64,000 nt of DNA from Stylophora pistillata (taxonomy: Eukaryota): the NCBI RefSeq assembly GCF_002571385.2, contig NW_019217844.1, positions 335,605 to 399,604 of the forward strand. Direction: 5' to 3'. Both the position numbers and the translations under genes were made by a program. The notes below the pieces were generated by a model, which saw only the letters and a program-made list of their open reading frames with translations, had not been told where the DNA came from and made no database searches. Numbering within the stretch: the stretch's first letter is position 1; the number at the start of each line of letters is the position of its first letter. Below, piece by piece: positions 53,601 through 64,000 of this stretch.

Positions 53601-54445
53601 TTACTGGAATGCGATGTGAAGTCAATGTTGATGATTGTTCTCCTCCCCCTTGTCAGAATGGCGGAATTTGTTCTGATGGAGTCAACAGCTTTCACTGTGA
53701 CTGCGCAGGCACTGGGTTCAATGGTTCACGATGTCAGGAAGACGTAGACGAGTGCACCTTGTCTCCGTGTATTCACGGTGAATGTAACAATACCGTGGGC
53801 TCGTATTGGTGCGATTGCTCGGGGTATGGATACCAGGGAACGTATTGTGAGAATGATGTAAATGAATGCGTGGCATTCTCACCATGTTTAAACGGTGGGA
53901 AGTGTCGAAACAACGACGGTTCTTACCTATGCACGTGCAAGGCGGGTTACAGCGGCAAAACCTGCGACGTGAACATCGATGAATGCGCTAGTGACCCGTG
54001 CATCCATAATGGACAATGTGTCGATCTTGTAAATGGCTTCTACTGCAGCTGTAGTGGAACAGGTTTCCGAGGATTTCGTTGTGACGTCAACGTAGACGAA
54101 TGCGAAACTGGTGAACACGAGTGTCAAAATGCCGCACAATGTGTGGATACTTATGGTAATTACACCTGCGCATGCGCGTCTGGTTTTACGGGCGTTTTGT
54201 GCGAGAGCGAACTACAGATCATAATAGAACCTACGCCAGCTGCTCGCCAGCAAGACAGGCAAATGGAGCTGGGTTTGTCCATAGGGTTCGTGCTTCTTGT
54301 GGTTTTAATAGTCGCTGTTTTGTTGTTCTTGTATCGTAAGAAGCAGATGAGTAAAATGAGCGGCAGGTATTACCCATCTGATGAAGAGTACAAAGGCGGA
54401 GCGTATCCCATGGGACCAATTGAGAAAGATGAACGACTTATCTGA
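37533..54445 (+). CDS. crb: Crumbs homologue (EGF and laminin-G type I membrane protein)
   Basis: Exons 37533-37599 (signal-peptide-like [22 protein letters not shown]; least certain), 40026-40139, 40383-40499 (GC donor), 42214-42415, 43238-43461, 44216-44485, 44791-45506, 45920-46261, 46828-47151, 47894-48413, 48982-49200, 49686-49901, 50298-54445. Total 7479 nt (2492 aa). Three LamG domains (FRFRTT..SGLLFY, DG.WH, F.GC.K) are separated by single EGFs. After the TM helix comes a ~36-aa tail with the FERM-binding motif GRYYPSDEE and the C-terminal PDZ motif ERLI, which are diagnostic of Crumbs. Confidence 0.92.
38042..39000 (-). mobile_element. Internally deleted DNA transposon carrying a frameshifted C4 zinc-finger (zf-AD-like) ORF
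   Basis: The right end GCGTGACGAGACTAAAAACAGCTGCGAGGGAGACTA has a degenerate inverted counterpart at ~38042-38077. On the minus strand, ATG 38787 gives [19 protein letters not shown]..., which shifts frame into ORF 38232-38756 (...VCKACYRQL). Confidence 0.55.
39100..39452 (-). mobile_element. tRNA-derived SINE
   Basis: Minus-strand head GGTTAGCTCAATTGGTTAGAGCG...GGGTTCGAGCCCC (Pol III A and B boxes) followed by a non-tRNA body. Confidence 0.7.
41083..41272 (+). mobile_element. tRNA-like interspersed repeat nested in a TTAA-type MITE (~41040-41362)
   Basis: GGCTTGTAAGCTCAGTTGGCTGAGAGCAC...GGGTTCAAATCCC...GGCCT at 41123-41198. A partial reverse copy lies at ~43650-43730. Confidence 0.65.
41383..41688. 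mobile_element. Double-palindrome non-autonomous element
   Basis: Hairpin at 41383-41498 abuts an arm bounded by TTATTAAAAAC / GTTTTTAATAA. Confidence 0.7.
41700..42048 (-). mobile_element. Penelope-like fragment with inverted ends and a degenerate hammerhead motif
   Basis: Minus strand at 41752-41794 reads GACT-CTGATGA-TGAC...GTC-AAAAC-ATC-AGTC. 41700-41740 is inverted relative to ~41965-42022. Confidence 0.6.
42096..42155. repeat. 15-bp tandem repeat, 4 copies
   Basis: (CATAATTATCATCAC)4. Confidence 0.9.
49341..49628 (+). mobile_element. Full-length tRNA-derived SINE
   Basis: A box GGTGGCCTCATGGTTAG, B box GGGTTCGAGCCC, a central CCCAGGTGTATAAATGGGTACC domain and a TTTACC tail. Degenerate relatives lie at ~17290-17430 (-), 21475-22085 and ~46440-46740. 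Confidence 0.8.
52184..52539 (+). repeat. 114-bp coding tandem repeat (three near-identical EGF units)
   Basis: ACATGTTTAGATCT recurs at 52184, 52298, 52412 and 52526. Confidence 0.95.
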
Positions 54446-55792
54446 GGGACTTATCTAAGGGATATATCGCCTGGGGGGTGGGGGTCAGAGGATTTTGGTT
54501 GTGTCACAATAACATTTACTTCCTCATTGGCAACCTATTTTCCATAGTCCCACCCCCACCCCTCCCCCTTCAATACTCGGTTAGCGGCAGCTAATCCCTC
54601 CCCTGATCCAGGTGCTAAATAATGACTGGTCTCTTATGGCTTTCTTTTAACAAAGCCTAGTGGCCAAAGTTTGAGTCATTTTCTTTCGCCGTGATAAACG
54701 ACCTATAAAGTATTTGTTCGGTAAGAGAAATACACCAAATAAACGATCAAGAAGGGACTAGAAAAAAGAAATATTAACATGGATCGTAATTTACGGATTA
54801 TAAAATATCAAGGCTTAGGTTTACAAGATTCGAGAAATGACCTGCTACATATGACTGCTGAGATAGAGTTTTTTTTCATTTAAGACAGGAGAGGTATATT
54901 GTACATTGACAGTAATGGTAATCCTAATATTTGTGTATTGATTATTGATAATAGCCTTGACTGTTGTAAATAGTATTGTAAATAGTTATAATATATCAAA
55001 GCCCAGCGATTTCTACTTACGTGAAATTCTCAAATCTTTATATGCAGACGTTTTCATTCGAGTCACAAAGTGAAATTAATTTTGTAATTATCATCGAAAT
55101 TGTTTCAGTTGTTTACATGTTTTTTATAATTATTTTTGTGTTCGTACTTTCATATTTTCTTTCCTATTAAAAGAAACGAAAATAATTTTAACTAATGTAA
55201 TGTTTACTTTTATTTTTTTAAGTGTATCATTGTTATAGTAATATTTTACGTCTTACAGTTTTGTATTACATTAGAAATATTAAAAGACACCAGCTGATTT
55301 TATTTTGAACTTCTCTGTTTAATTTTTAAGTCGTGGCCTCTCGTTATTAAATAGCTTTTGTCGCCGTGCAGGGTCAATTTTGGTAATAGTGCTTCCCAGA
55401 AGTTATTTTAACTTTTATGTAGATTGTCAACCCAAGCCTCTATTCTTTGCCACGTGCGGAGCGTACTCCAGCCTGGAGATAACTCATCCCAATCATCTCA
55501 ACAACGCGGGCTCAACACTATTGACGCGGGAGTGCGAAGTGTGATGGGTGAGAAAAAAGCGAGAGGTGAAAAAAGTCTTTCCTCTCTCACCTTTCATCAT
55601 TCTTTTTATACCCCTGGCGCACGTGTTATGAAGACGCCTGGGAACGAGTTAGAGCCCGGAGCACAGGCGTTGAGTTGTGAAGTTACTCATGCTAGTGTCA
55701 TAGACAATTAAAGTGATATGAATCCATTCCATTCATGACATCTGATCGTCTCGTCGTAAGGCTAGTCACTCAGTAGGCGACAGACGTTTTTC

Positions 55793-58700
55793 TTACTGTG
55801 GTTCCACTTTGCTGACTGGTGGAGTCGGCGAAGCGTAGAAGAAAACAAACAAAGGAATGATGAAAGTGATTGAGTACAGGACAAAAAACAAACGATCGAG
55901 AACAATCGCTGCGAATTGCCATTCCAAAACAATCTCTTCTGTTTCGTTGTCTTCTTTAACGCGGCGAGTTAGGACTCCAAGTCCTTCCATAACTCTGTTT
56001 TGTAGGGTATTTAAAGCGTTACCACGTTTGGGAAGTACGGACATCTTTCGCCTTCTCAACCGCCTTTCTGAAGCTGTTGACGCTCCACTGCTCAGATTGA
56101 TGGCTGGCTCACTCTTGGATTTCTGGTGTGATGCACTAGACGGCGTCTTTCGATGTTCATTTTGTATCCCATTGGCTCGCGTGTGGTGATTTTTTGGCGT
56201 TATTTCGATCAGAGCAATTCGTTCCTCGGCGGTGTTGTTCTCGTTTTGGACAATAAAGCTCTGCGCAGCCATAAAGTTGTTAGACTCGTGGCAGTCGTAA
56301 CACGCCTCTTCGGTTCGTTTTCTACACCACTGACTGATAACTTTGTTCTTGGGTTTCTTCGTAATGACGAAAAAGAGTAGCGACGCAATCCATTCATTTA
56401 TTATCACGCGCAGACGCTCGGGCATGCGCGTTGGCGTTGCATAGTAATACCGAAGGACAACACAAGTGGAGAGAATCGCAAAGCAAACCATGATCATAAG
56501 AATCAGGTAATAGTCCCCCAGGAGAGGAAGGCTGTCCGAGGTGGAGGGCAGGGTGTTAGACGCAATGTTCAAAAACACTGTCATTGTCAGCAGCACAGTG
56601 ATGTTCAGAGTGATTCTCTCCCCGGTGTCCGGCGGAAGACAGAAGCCGACCAGAATAAAGAAGACGATGATGGTTGTAGGGATGATCAGGTTGAATATGT
56701 AGTAAAGTACCTTCCTCTTCATGTGGATAGTGTAGGTGATGTCAGCGTACGGGTCAGGGCAGCATGCATAATAGAGCTGGTTTTTCTTAACTGGAACATC
56801 TATCACCTCCCATTCGCCATTTTTTATCCAAGCCGACATGTCAGCGGTTGTATGATTCGTTGTCATGTCAAGATACTTCACATTATAAGTCCAAGATCTA
56901 TAAGAGAGAACACAAGTCGAAGGGAGAGATTTTGATAAACTGAGATTTAGTTACCAAAGACCAGGGAAATGTTAGAAAAACTGGCACTCACACTTACCCA
57001 AATTTTAAATAACAGAATTGCTCGTCAAAAGGAAAGAAGCGGATATTCTGTTTACAGGACGAAATGAACTGCGTCGCGGAATACCATGTGACTGTACCAT
57101 TGCTGTCAATTAGTACTTTTGTCTTGTACTTTTCCAGTCCACCAGTGAAACCCTTGGCAGCGCTAAAAATATTTCAAGGGAAAAAATCATCACCGTGGTT
57201 ACACTGAATTAAATGTCAACAACCTTTCAGTCCTTACAGCTCACCGGTACCTAATTAAACCTTATGAGATGTCGGATCCGCCTTGATATTTAAAATATCT
57301 TGCATGAACTCGGTGCAGTGACCTCGCACAGGACTCAACCGCCGACCACGCGATCCAAATGCGAAAAAGAAACATTATCTTCCATTCCCTTTCTCCAATA
57401 ATTGAAAAAAAAAATCGCTTTGGGCGTTTTATCATTGTAAGGTACTAGATAATGGTCTTTGATCGTCGAAATGGTCCACCGCTCCGCGTGCAAGACAGAT
57501 TGAAAAAAATCAGGCTTGTCTCCAGAGTAAAAAACAGTATTTAAGGGACCAGATATTATTTATCGCCGGGGGGAGAAAAAGGATTTTTGCAAGAGAAAAT
57601 GGAAGGGGGATAAGTCGTCGCCAATAGAGTATAGAGGAGGACTATAGAAAATTAACTGCCAATCAATGAAGCGAGGGGGGGTCATAACATTATTGCATAG
57701 CCCCAGGGGGGGATCAGGTAAATTTTATCGTGACTCGACCAAAACCCTCCAGCCCCCTCCCAGGCGGTAAATAGTGATGAGTTCCTAAGGAAATGCAGCC
57801 TTACTTGTTGTAAAGTATAATGACAGGCAGCCAAACTAAATTTGGTTCCACGTTGATTGTGCTGATTCCATCGTAATGATCAGGGTTCCATTGCAGAAAG
57901 GGATCTTTCCATTTCTTAGGGACACGAAAGAGAGAAATATTAGCTCAAAAGCAGTCAGTCAAGAAGCGTTCTCACAACAACCGATTTGAGCCTCATTCTG
58001 CTTACTTGTGTAGTCCAGACGTTCACTTTTAAGGTCTCCGCTTTCTCATCCTATCAGGAACAAAAGTTAAGTTAGCAGTCGTTTCGTACCCAGCTAGATC
58101 GATTCATACCTTGTCAGTTGAGTAGTTTCGTGCCCATGCCAATAAGCCTGGATGTTTAACTGTGTTTAAAGTATGGTCGGTTTCTTATTTGAAATAGCAA
58201 TGTTACCTGCGTTAAATAAGTTTTGTTTATGTGGTGTTCATTTTCAATACGCGACCACCGAATGTAAGGCTTGAAACCGAAAATAAGGGAGTCTGGGAGT
58301 CATGAGACAGACGCAAAGACTAGAAACGCATATGTTATACACTGGACCAAAAAGATACAAATTTTAAATTAATTTTTTTACTTGGAAAGATATGTCGACT
58401 GCCATACTTGTGATCATTCCAAAGGAGAATTTTTTCTTCGTTCAAAAGCCAGGGCGTGGCAATGAGGGTCTTAATGTGTTGGTGTCCCCACTTTCTTCTT
58501 GATCAAGGAGAAGCGATGATTTACAATAACATATCAGCCTTGTTATCTTTAAATGCCCGTAAAAAGCAGTTGTTGTAACCTCAACTGGAATATCTATTTC
58601 ACAAATGTAATTCTCATGACGACACTTACCACGTCCACGATCTGGACAAGCTTCACTCCAAAAAGGACCGTGACAACATCACTATCGCGAAGTGCTGGTC

Positions 58701-58893
58701 GGACCTCTCTATTATAGCTGTCGGTGTAAATTATATCCTGGAGAAGCCTGTGCTCTGTGGTCATAGCGACTTTTCCATCTGGACCTCTCTGTCCCGGTGC
58801 AACTGAAACGCAACATATACTGGTCAGAAAAGAGAAAAAAAATAACAAACGTGGCAAAGCTAAGTGCTTCAAATTTACTTGTCTTGTCATCAT
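55793..58893 (-). CDS. Nicotinic acetylcholine receptor alpha-type subunit (alpha7/9/10-like Cys-loop cation channel)
   Basis: Exons 58893-58630, 58050-58006, 57914-57805, 57162-56998 and 56897-55793 total 1689 nt (562 aa). Features: signal peptide, EHRLL..YN..VRP, Cys-loop CKQNIRFFPFDEQFC, loop B FGSWTY, loop C YACCPDPY (vicinal Cys), M2 GERITLNITVLL, and EWQFAAIVLDR before M4. Confidence 0.95.
57541..57788. mobile_element. MITE (related copy at ~54455-54636, just after the crumbs stop)
   Basis: TTAAGGGACC...TATCGCCGGGGGG...GGCGGTAAATAGTGATGAGTTCCTAA. The 54455 copy shares ATCGCC-G-run-GGATTTT and CCAGG..TAAATA.TGA. Confidence 0.5.
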
Positions 58894-59409
58894 TAGACGA
58901 CGATTTCGAACGAACTGCTCTTGATGCCTCTTTTCCTATCTCAACCTCTCTTCAAAGTTTTCAAAATGCTTTCTACGTGACACAAATTTCATTTTAACGA
59001 CCGGTTTCGACCGTTGACATGCACATAGGTGTGCCAAAACTGATTAGGAAGTTTTTAGGTCATAGCTTGTTTTCGAAATTGCAAAGAGACATTTGCCTGA
59101 GGTTTTCGTTGCTTGGAATCTTTCAGAGGATAATGTCGCATCAATTTTAAAAGCCTTGTTTTTTTCTCACAGTAGGGGCGTATCTCGTCACCACTCCCAC
59201 TACGAAAGCTCTCTAGTGTTTGCGATCTCTGGCTATACGAAGATCGCTTCCAACCGATTTAAGTTGCCTTAACGCTTTTTCGGTCAACAATAGCTCGGGA
59301 TAAAACACCAAAAAAGTGACCATTTTCAAATGATTCACGATAAAAAATCTTTTTTTCATATTTTGAAGTTCAGCCACTCAAAACCCTGTTGCAGTGTTAC
59401 TACTATGTA

Positions 59410-60672
59410 CTATCTAGGTTTCGTTAAGCATATTCCTTCGCTCCTACTTCTTTGAGGTCCTTTGGTAGAATTTGTGGCCGGTTTCTTCGTTGGTGTCGTG
59501 GAAGTTGGAGCTGTTGAAACATTGCCGCGAGATGAAGGAGTTTCAGGAGGCGCTTCTGTAAGGGAAATGGTGAAGGCTTTGCCTTACTTTGCAATTGATT
59601 AAAAAAAATTGTGAAACTTACTCTCGCACTAGTGATCATGAACGGCGGGCAGTCCCGCCTTTTCGGCGAAGTCCGTAGCGCGAGTTTAAAAAAATCAGCT
59701 ATGAACTTCGCCGAAAATGAGGGACAGCTCGTTGTATATTTTGATAATATCCATAGAAAATAAGAGTTCTTAATTTCTATTGATACCATCTTAAAATTAG
59801 CAACTGTACAAAATTTTGCCCATCATTTTAAATATCTAGAGGGGTCAAACTACTCAATGTTGTTCTCACCTGTATATCGCGTAAATAGATGCGTCAGCAC
59901 CTCCCCAGCATGGAAAAACTTTCTCGAGAGGGGTGGGGGGTTCGAAGTTTCCCTTTGGGGAAAGGTGGGGCAAACAAGTTTCATTGAACTGGAATTTAGA
60001 ACATGTTTCCATGTAAAATTAAGGCTTGAAATGGGTTACTCCAACACCTATTTGATTCGTTTAAAGGTGGCTAAGAAGAAGTTAAATAAAGAAACATTTG
60101 CTTATTAATATCTGTAAGGAATAAGGGGAATTTCATTTCCTAAAATGGCTAAAAGGATTTTAGTTGGACACTTTAACACTGTTTTTGACCCAAGATAAGA
60201 AAACTTCGGGCAAAGAATGCGAGTGTCAGTTTGAGCAAACGTAACATTTGTAAGTTAACACTCCTACCTGACCACTCCAACTTTGCCAACTTTAGTGGAA
60301 CGATATATGGCTGCCTCATAGTTTCGCATGATTTCTCACTTCGACAGGTCACAATGAAACATTGGCCGTCCAACAGGTAGGCAAACTCATGATCTCCATG
60401 TTTTTCATATTCACAAGCAAGTTTAGTGCAGTTACCAAAGTCATTGACGCTGGCTAAATACTTAAATCGCCCTGCCGCAGCTCCGTTCTTCAAATATGAG
60501 CCGTTCAACAGAGGTTTTTGAGAGCTACATTGTAAAGAACCTGGAAAGGCGGGAAAACGAGAATTGCTCATTGTAGAAAACGTTGCTTATAGACAGAGCA
60601 GAAAAATATGAATTACTCTTTATTACAGATGTCTTTTACCTTCCTGCCTGTGTATGCTGCCTGAATTAATGA
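59410..60672 (-). CDS. Partial gene: Cys-rich MANEC/MANSC-like exon plus a Ser/Thr/Pro-rich terminal exon
   Basis: Phase-1 exon 60540-60268 (273 nt; LQCSS..LKNGAAAGRF..C...AC..FAYLLDGQCFIVTC...SC) has canonical AG/GT sites. A compatible exon 59555-59410 encodes EAPPETPSSRGNVSTAPTSTTPTKK... and a stop, and a 33-nt mini-exon is possible at 60672-60640. The start was not identified, and the domain call is by pattern only. Confidence 0.5.
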
Positions 60673-61953
60673 CTGAAAAGGTTACAAGTAATAACTTATT
60701 TGAGCCTCAAAGAGGAAAAGTGCTGCGCATGTCAGGAGCCCATCCTGCGCATGTTTTGTATCTTAGATAACTTCCGGTCTTTTTTAACTTAATCTTTACC
60801 ATGCATTTTGCCCCAAGCCATAAAGAAATTGTTGCTACTCTTTATTTCCACCCTCACCCCCTCCTGTTGCTTTTTTACTCTACGGCTNATCATTTTAAAT
60901 ATCTAGAGGGGTCAAACTACTCAATGTTGTTCTCACCTGTATATCGCGTAAATAGATGCGTCAGCACCTCCCCAGCATGGAAAAACTTTCTCGAGAGGGG
61001 TGGGGGGTTCGAAGTTTCCCTTTGGGGAAAGGTGGGGCAAACAAGTTTCCTTGAACTGGAATTTAGAACATGTTTCCATGTAAAATTAAGGCTTGAAATG
61101 GGTTACTCCAACACCTATTTGATTCGTTTAAAGGTGGCTAAGAAGAAGTTAAATAAAGAAACATTTGCTTATTAATATCTGTAAGGAATAAGGGGAATTT
61201 CATTTCCTAAAATGGCTAAAAGGATTTTAGTTGGACACTTTAACACTGTTTTTGACCCAAGATAAGAAAACTTCGGGCAAAGAATGCGAGTGTCAGTTTG
61301 AGCAAACGTAACATTTGTAAGTTAACACTCCTACCTGACCACTCCAACTTTGCCAACTTTAGTGGAACGATATATGGCTGCCTCATAGTTTCGCATGATT
61401 TCTCACTTCGACAGGTCACAATGAAACATTGCCGTCCAACAGGTAGGCAAACTCATGATCTCCATGTTTTTCATATTCACAAGCAAGTTTAGTGCAGTTA
61501 CCGAAGTCATTGACGCAGGCTAAATACTTGAATCGCCCTGCCGCAGCTCCGTTCTTCAAATAGGAGCCGTTCAACAGAGGTTTTTTAGAGCTGCATTGTA
61601 AAGAACCTGGAAAGGCGGGAAAACGAGAATTGCTCATTGTAGAAAACGTTGCTTATAGACAGAGCAGAAAAATATGAATTACTCTTTATTACAGATGTCT
61701 TTTACCTTCCTGCCTGTGTATGCTGCCTGAATTAATGACTGAAAAGGTTACAAGTAATAACTTATTTGAGCCTCGAAGGGGAAAAGTGCTGCGTATGTCA
61801 GGAGCCCATCCTGCGCATGTTTTGTATCTTAGATAACTTCCGGTCTTTTTTAACTTAATCTTTACCATGCATTTTGCCCCAAGCCATAAAGAAATTGTTA
61901 CTACTCTTTATTTCCACCCTCCCCCCTCCAGATCGATTTGTTACTCTACGGCT
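59822..61953. repeat. ~1067-bp tandem duplication joined at a single N (60888)
   Basis: 59822-60887 is repeated at 60889-61953 with scattered SNPs and a 1-nt indel. Confidence 0.95.
61335..61606 (-). pseudogene. Frameshifted copy or allele of the MANEC-like exon
   Basis: 272 nt versus 273 nt; ACATTGCCG replaces ACATTGGCCG, giving ...LLDGNVSL*. Confidence 0.6.
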
Positions 61954-64000
61954 TCCGGTTTCACGGAACGTGGGCTACGTTTTCGCGCGAACTGAGTTTC
62001 CCAGCTGACCAGTATCAAAAATTATAACTTGTTACTCTTCCGCATTTCCAAGCTTTTTTTTTGTTATCAAATAGACACTGAGCTTGTATTGTTGAAGCAA
62101 GTTAGTTTAACAGTCGCCTGTAGTGATGATGTAATCATGCGAATTAAAACAAAAGCGAGAGCTGCTGGCTAAAAGAAACCACAGTGTATTTACACAGTAT
62201 TTTTATTATGTCTTCCGAACAAAAGCAGCTTGAAAATAAAGAAGAGTGAGAAGGAAAATAAAGTTGTTGTATGTTTCATAAAGCGAATGCTGAAAACGAC
62301 CTGAAAACTGCATATATTAGGAGGAATTATTTTTGAAGAAATATTCAAGCGTACCTGAAGCACCCTGCGTGTAAAGCGCGAGTGCTATCCATAACACTGT
62401 GAAAATAAGATTACGCAATCCCATTTGTTTATAACTTCTTACTCTATAACAGATTCTCAAAAAGATAATTTTTTAACGATGCTTTCCTGAAAGAGAAAAG
62501 AAGCAGATAGAATTACTTGCTTTGTATCTTAAACAGCAGCGCAATAATTTTGTCGCGTTTAAATTTCTCGCATGAGTTTTTTTTTGTGGAATATGTCAAG
62601 GGAGGTGATTATTACTTTGAATAAGGAAGAGTTGGTAGCTCGCGTTTCATTTCTAAAGAGATACACTGTCATGTACTAACATTATTCTGGCGGCTTTGTC
62701 ACCTGCTATTAAAATTCTCTTTTTAAAATTTAAACCGGTGTTGTTGGTTACGCTGTGAATAGTTAGAAGCTTATAAACCTAATGCACAAGAACAAAACCT
62801 CTTATGAAATTAAAGGATGATATAAAAAATCACTTTTGTGAGCTTGTGCTTGTAACGAATCACTAAATTTATTTGATTCTGCCGATATGTCATCGGTTCC
62901 TGATCGGCTATTTCTAAATCGACTTGTTGGTTTTTGGTTTAATACTAGTTTTATATCTACTAGCTTTTCTAATTACAGTCTGGTGTTTAACTTGTAGGTA
63001 AAGTTCAAGTTCTTTACAGCTTTTGTTATTTGCTAATGCGCAAAAAGTTTCTTGCTACGAGAATGAGGCGAAAAATCTCTTTTTTTTCTTCTACTTACCT
63101 TTAAGGCTGTTGGGTTCCATGTGTTGTAGTTTAGATAAAATATTCACATCTGGAAGCTTGTAATGGAACAACTTTCAATACCTGCAGCCCCCGTCGAGAG
63201 AAGAATTAATCATTAAACGGGAAAGTCGTTCCTTCTTATCACAGCGGAAGAAATAGTCGATTGTCTTAGTACATTTAGTGATCCAAACTTTAAGTGTATG
63301 CGATATGAAGCGTCCATTCAGTCATGAAATAACTTATCAAGGTGGATGTAATATGTCTTACTGGGTTTGTAACAATTTCAAAGTTATGGCTAGATTGCTA
63401 CACCGCAGTTTAAATGTTGTTTGCTGATTGGTTCACAGCTTACTACAAAGAAAAGCTATGCTCCCTCGGTCCTGCGCCAGAATTAATTAGGAAGTTGTTA
63501 AGTGAAATAGCTTCAACTGAAACTAAACAAATCCACAGAAAAGGAATCTTGATTTCTGGTGTCAATCAAGAAACTCTGACGGGGATTATGTTCCTCGAGA
63601 AAAATTGATTACGGCCAATCAACGTGCAATAATATTTTTTAACTGTATCCACATGTAGTTTAATCATTCGTGTTTTGTCTTTTTACTACAGCAGAAATTG
63701 AAAGCGGTTCACTGATCTTTAAGACAAAAATTCAAATCTAAAATTTTATGTCGAAGTAGCTTCAGAACGGAAGAGGTAGTCAAAAGAAGCGTACGATTAA
63801 CTTGAGTTTAGAAGCGATACAATTTTTTTTGAGGATACAGTATATGTTTTGTTTGTTTTGTTTTGGTTTTGATTTTTTTAGAATGTTTTGTTTTTTCGAA
63901 AGTATTACTCAGCCCAAGATGCTTACTGCGGATATGTGTCCATGAAAATGACTTTTTAAGGCGAATGCATTGAATCTTAAAATAATGAACTCGGGCGCAA

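Noticed and set aside
50447-54419. Antisense and alternative-frame ORFs over the EGF exon, and other short ORFs in the track
   Set aside because: They are shadows of real exons or chance intronic ORFs with no recognisable motifs.
50222-54445. Notch or fibropellin call for the EGF ORF
   Set aside because: There are no LNR, ankyrin, CUB or avidin domains; the LamG domains and the ERLI tail indicate Crumbs.
62000-64000. Possible further exons
   Set aside because: No frame or splice pattern I can support.

Overview
Intron-rich, AT-rich animal genomic DNA. The repeat families and gene content suggest an anthozoan or stony coral (inference). Five multi-exon genes can be rebuilt by hand from splice sites and reading frames: (1) the 3' part of a KCNT/Slo2 K+ channel (+, ends 13584); (2) MRPS2 (-); (3) RABGAP1-like (+, 21 exons, about 1108 aa), head-to-head with MRPS2; (4) a Crumbs homologue (+, about 2492 aa, 13 EGF-LamG-EGF-LamG-EGF-LamG-33 EGF-TM, tail ending ERLI); (5) an alpha-type nicotinic acetylcholine receptor subunit (-, 562 aa). 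Exons of a small MANEC/MANSC-like gene lie in a ~1.07 kb duplication near the right end. Introns carry SINEs, MITEs, Penelope-like fragments with hammerhead-ribozyme remnants and minisatellites, and a truncated LINE lies between genes. There are four N gaps. The most interesting signals are: three sequence-unrelated insertions sharing one double-palindrome architecture; a Crumbs with a very long, recently expanded membrane-proximal EGF stalk that includes an odd-cysteine repeat; a copy of a RABGAP1 exon-1 fragment in frame with exon 5; and a D-to-V change in the nAChR WxPD motif. All coordinates were read by eye.
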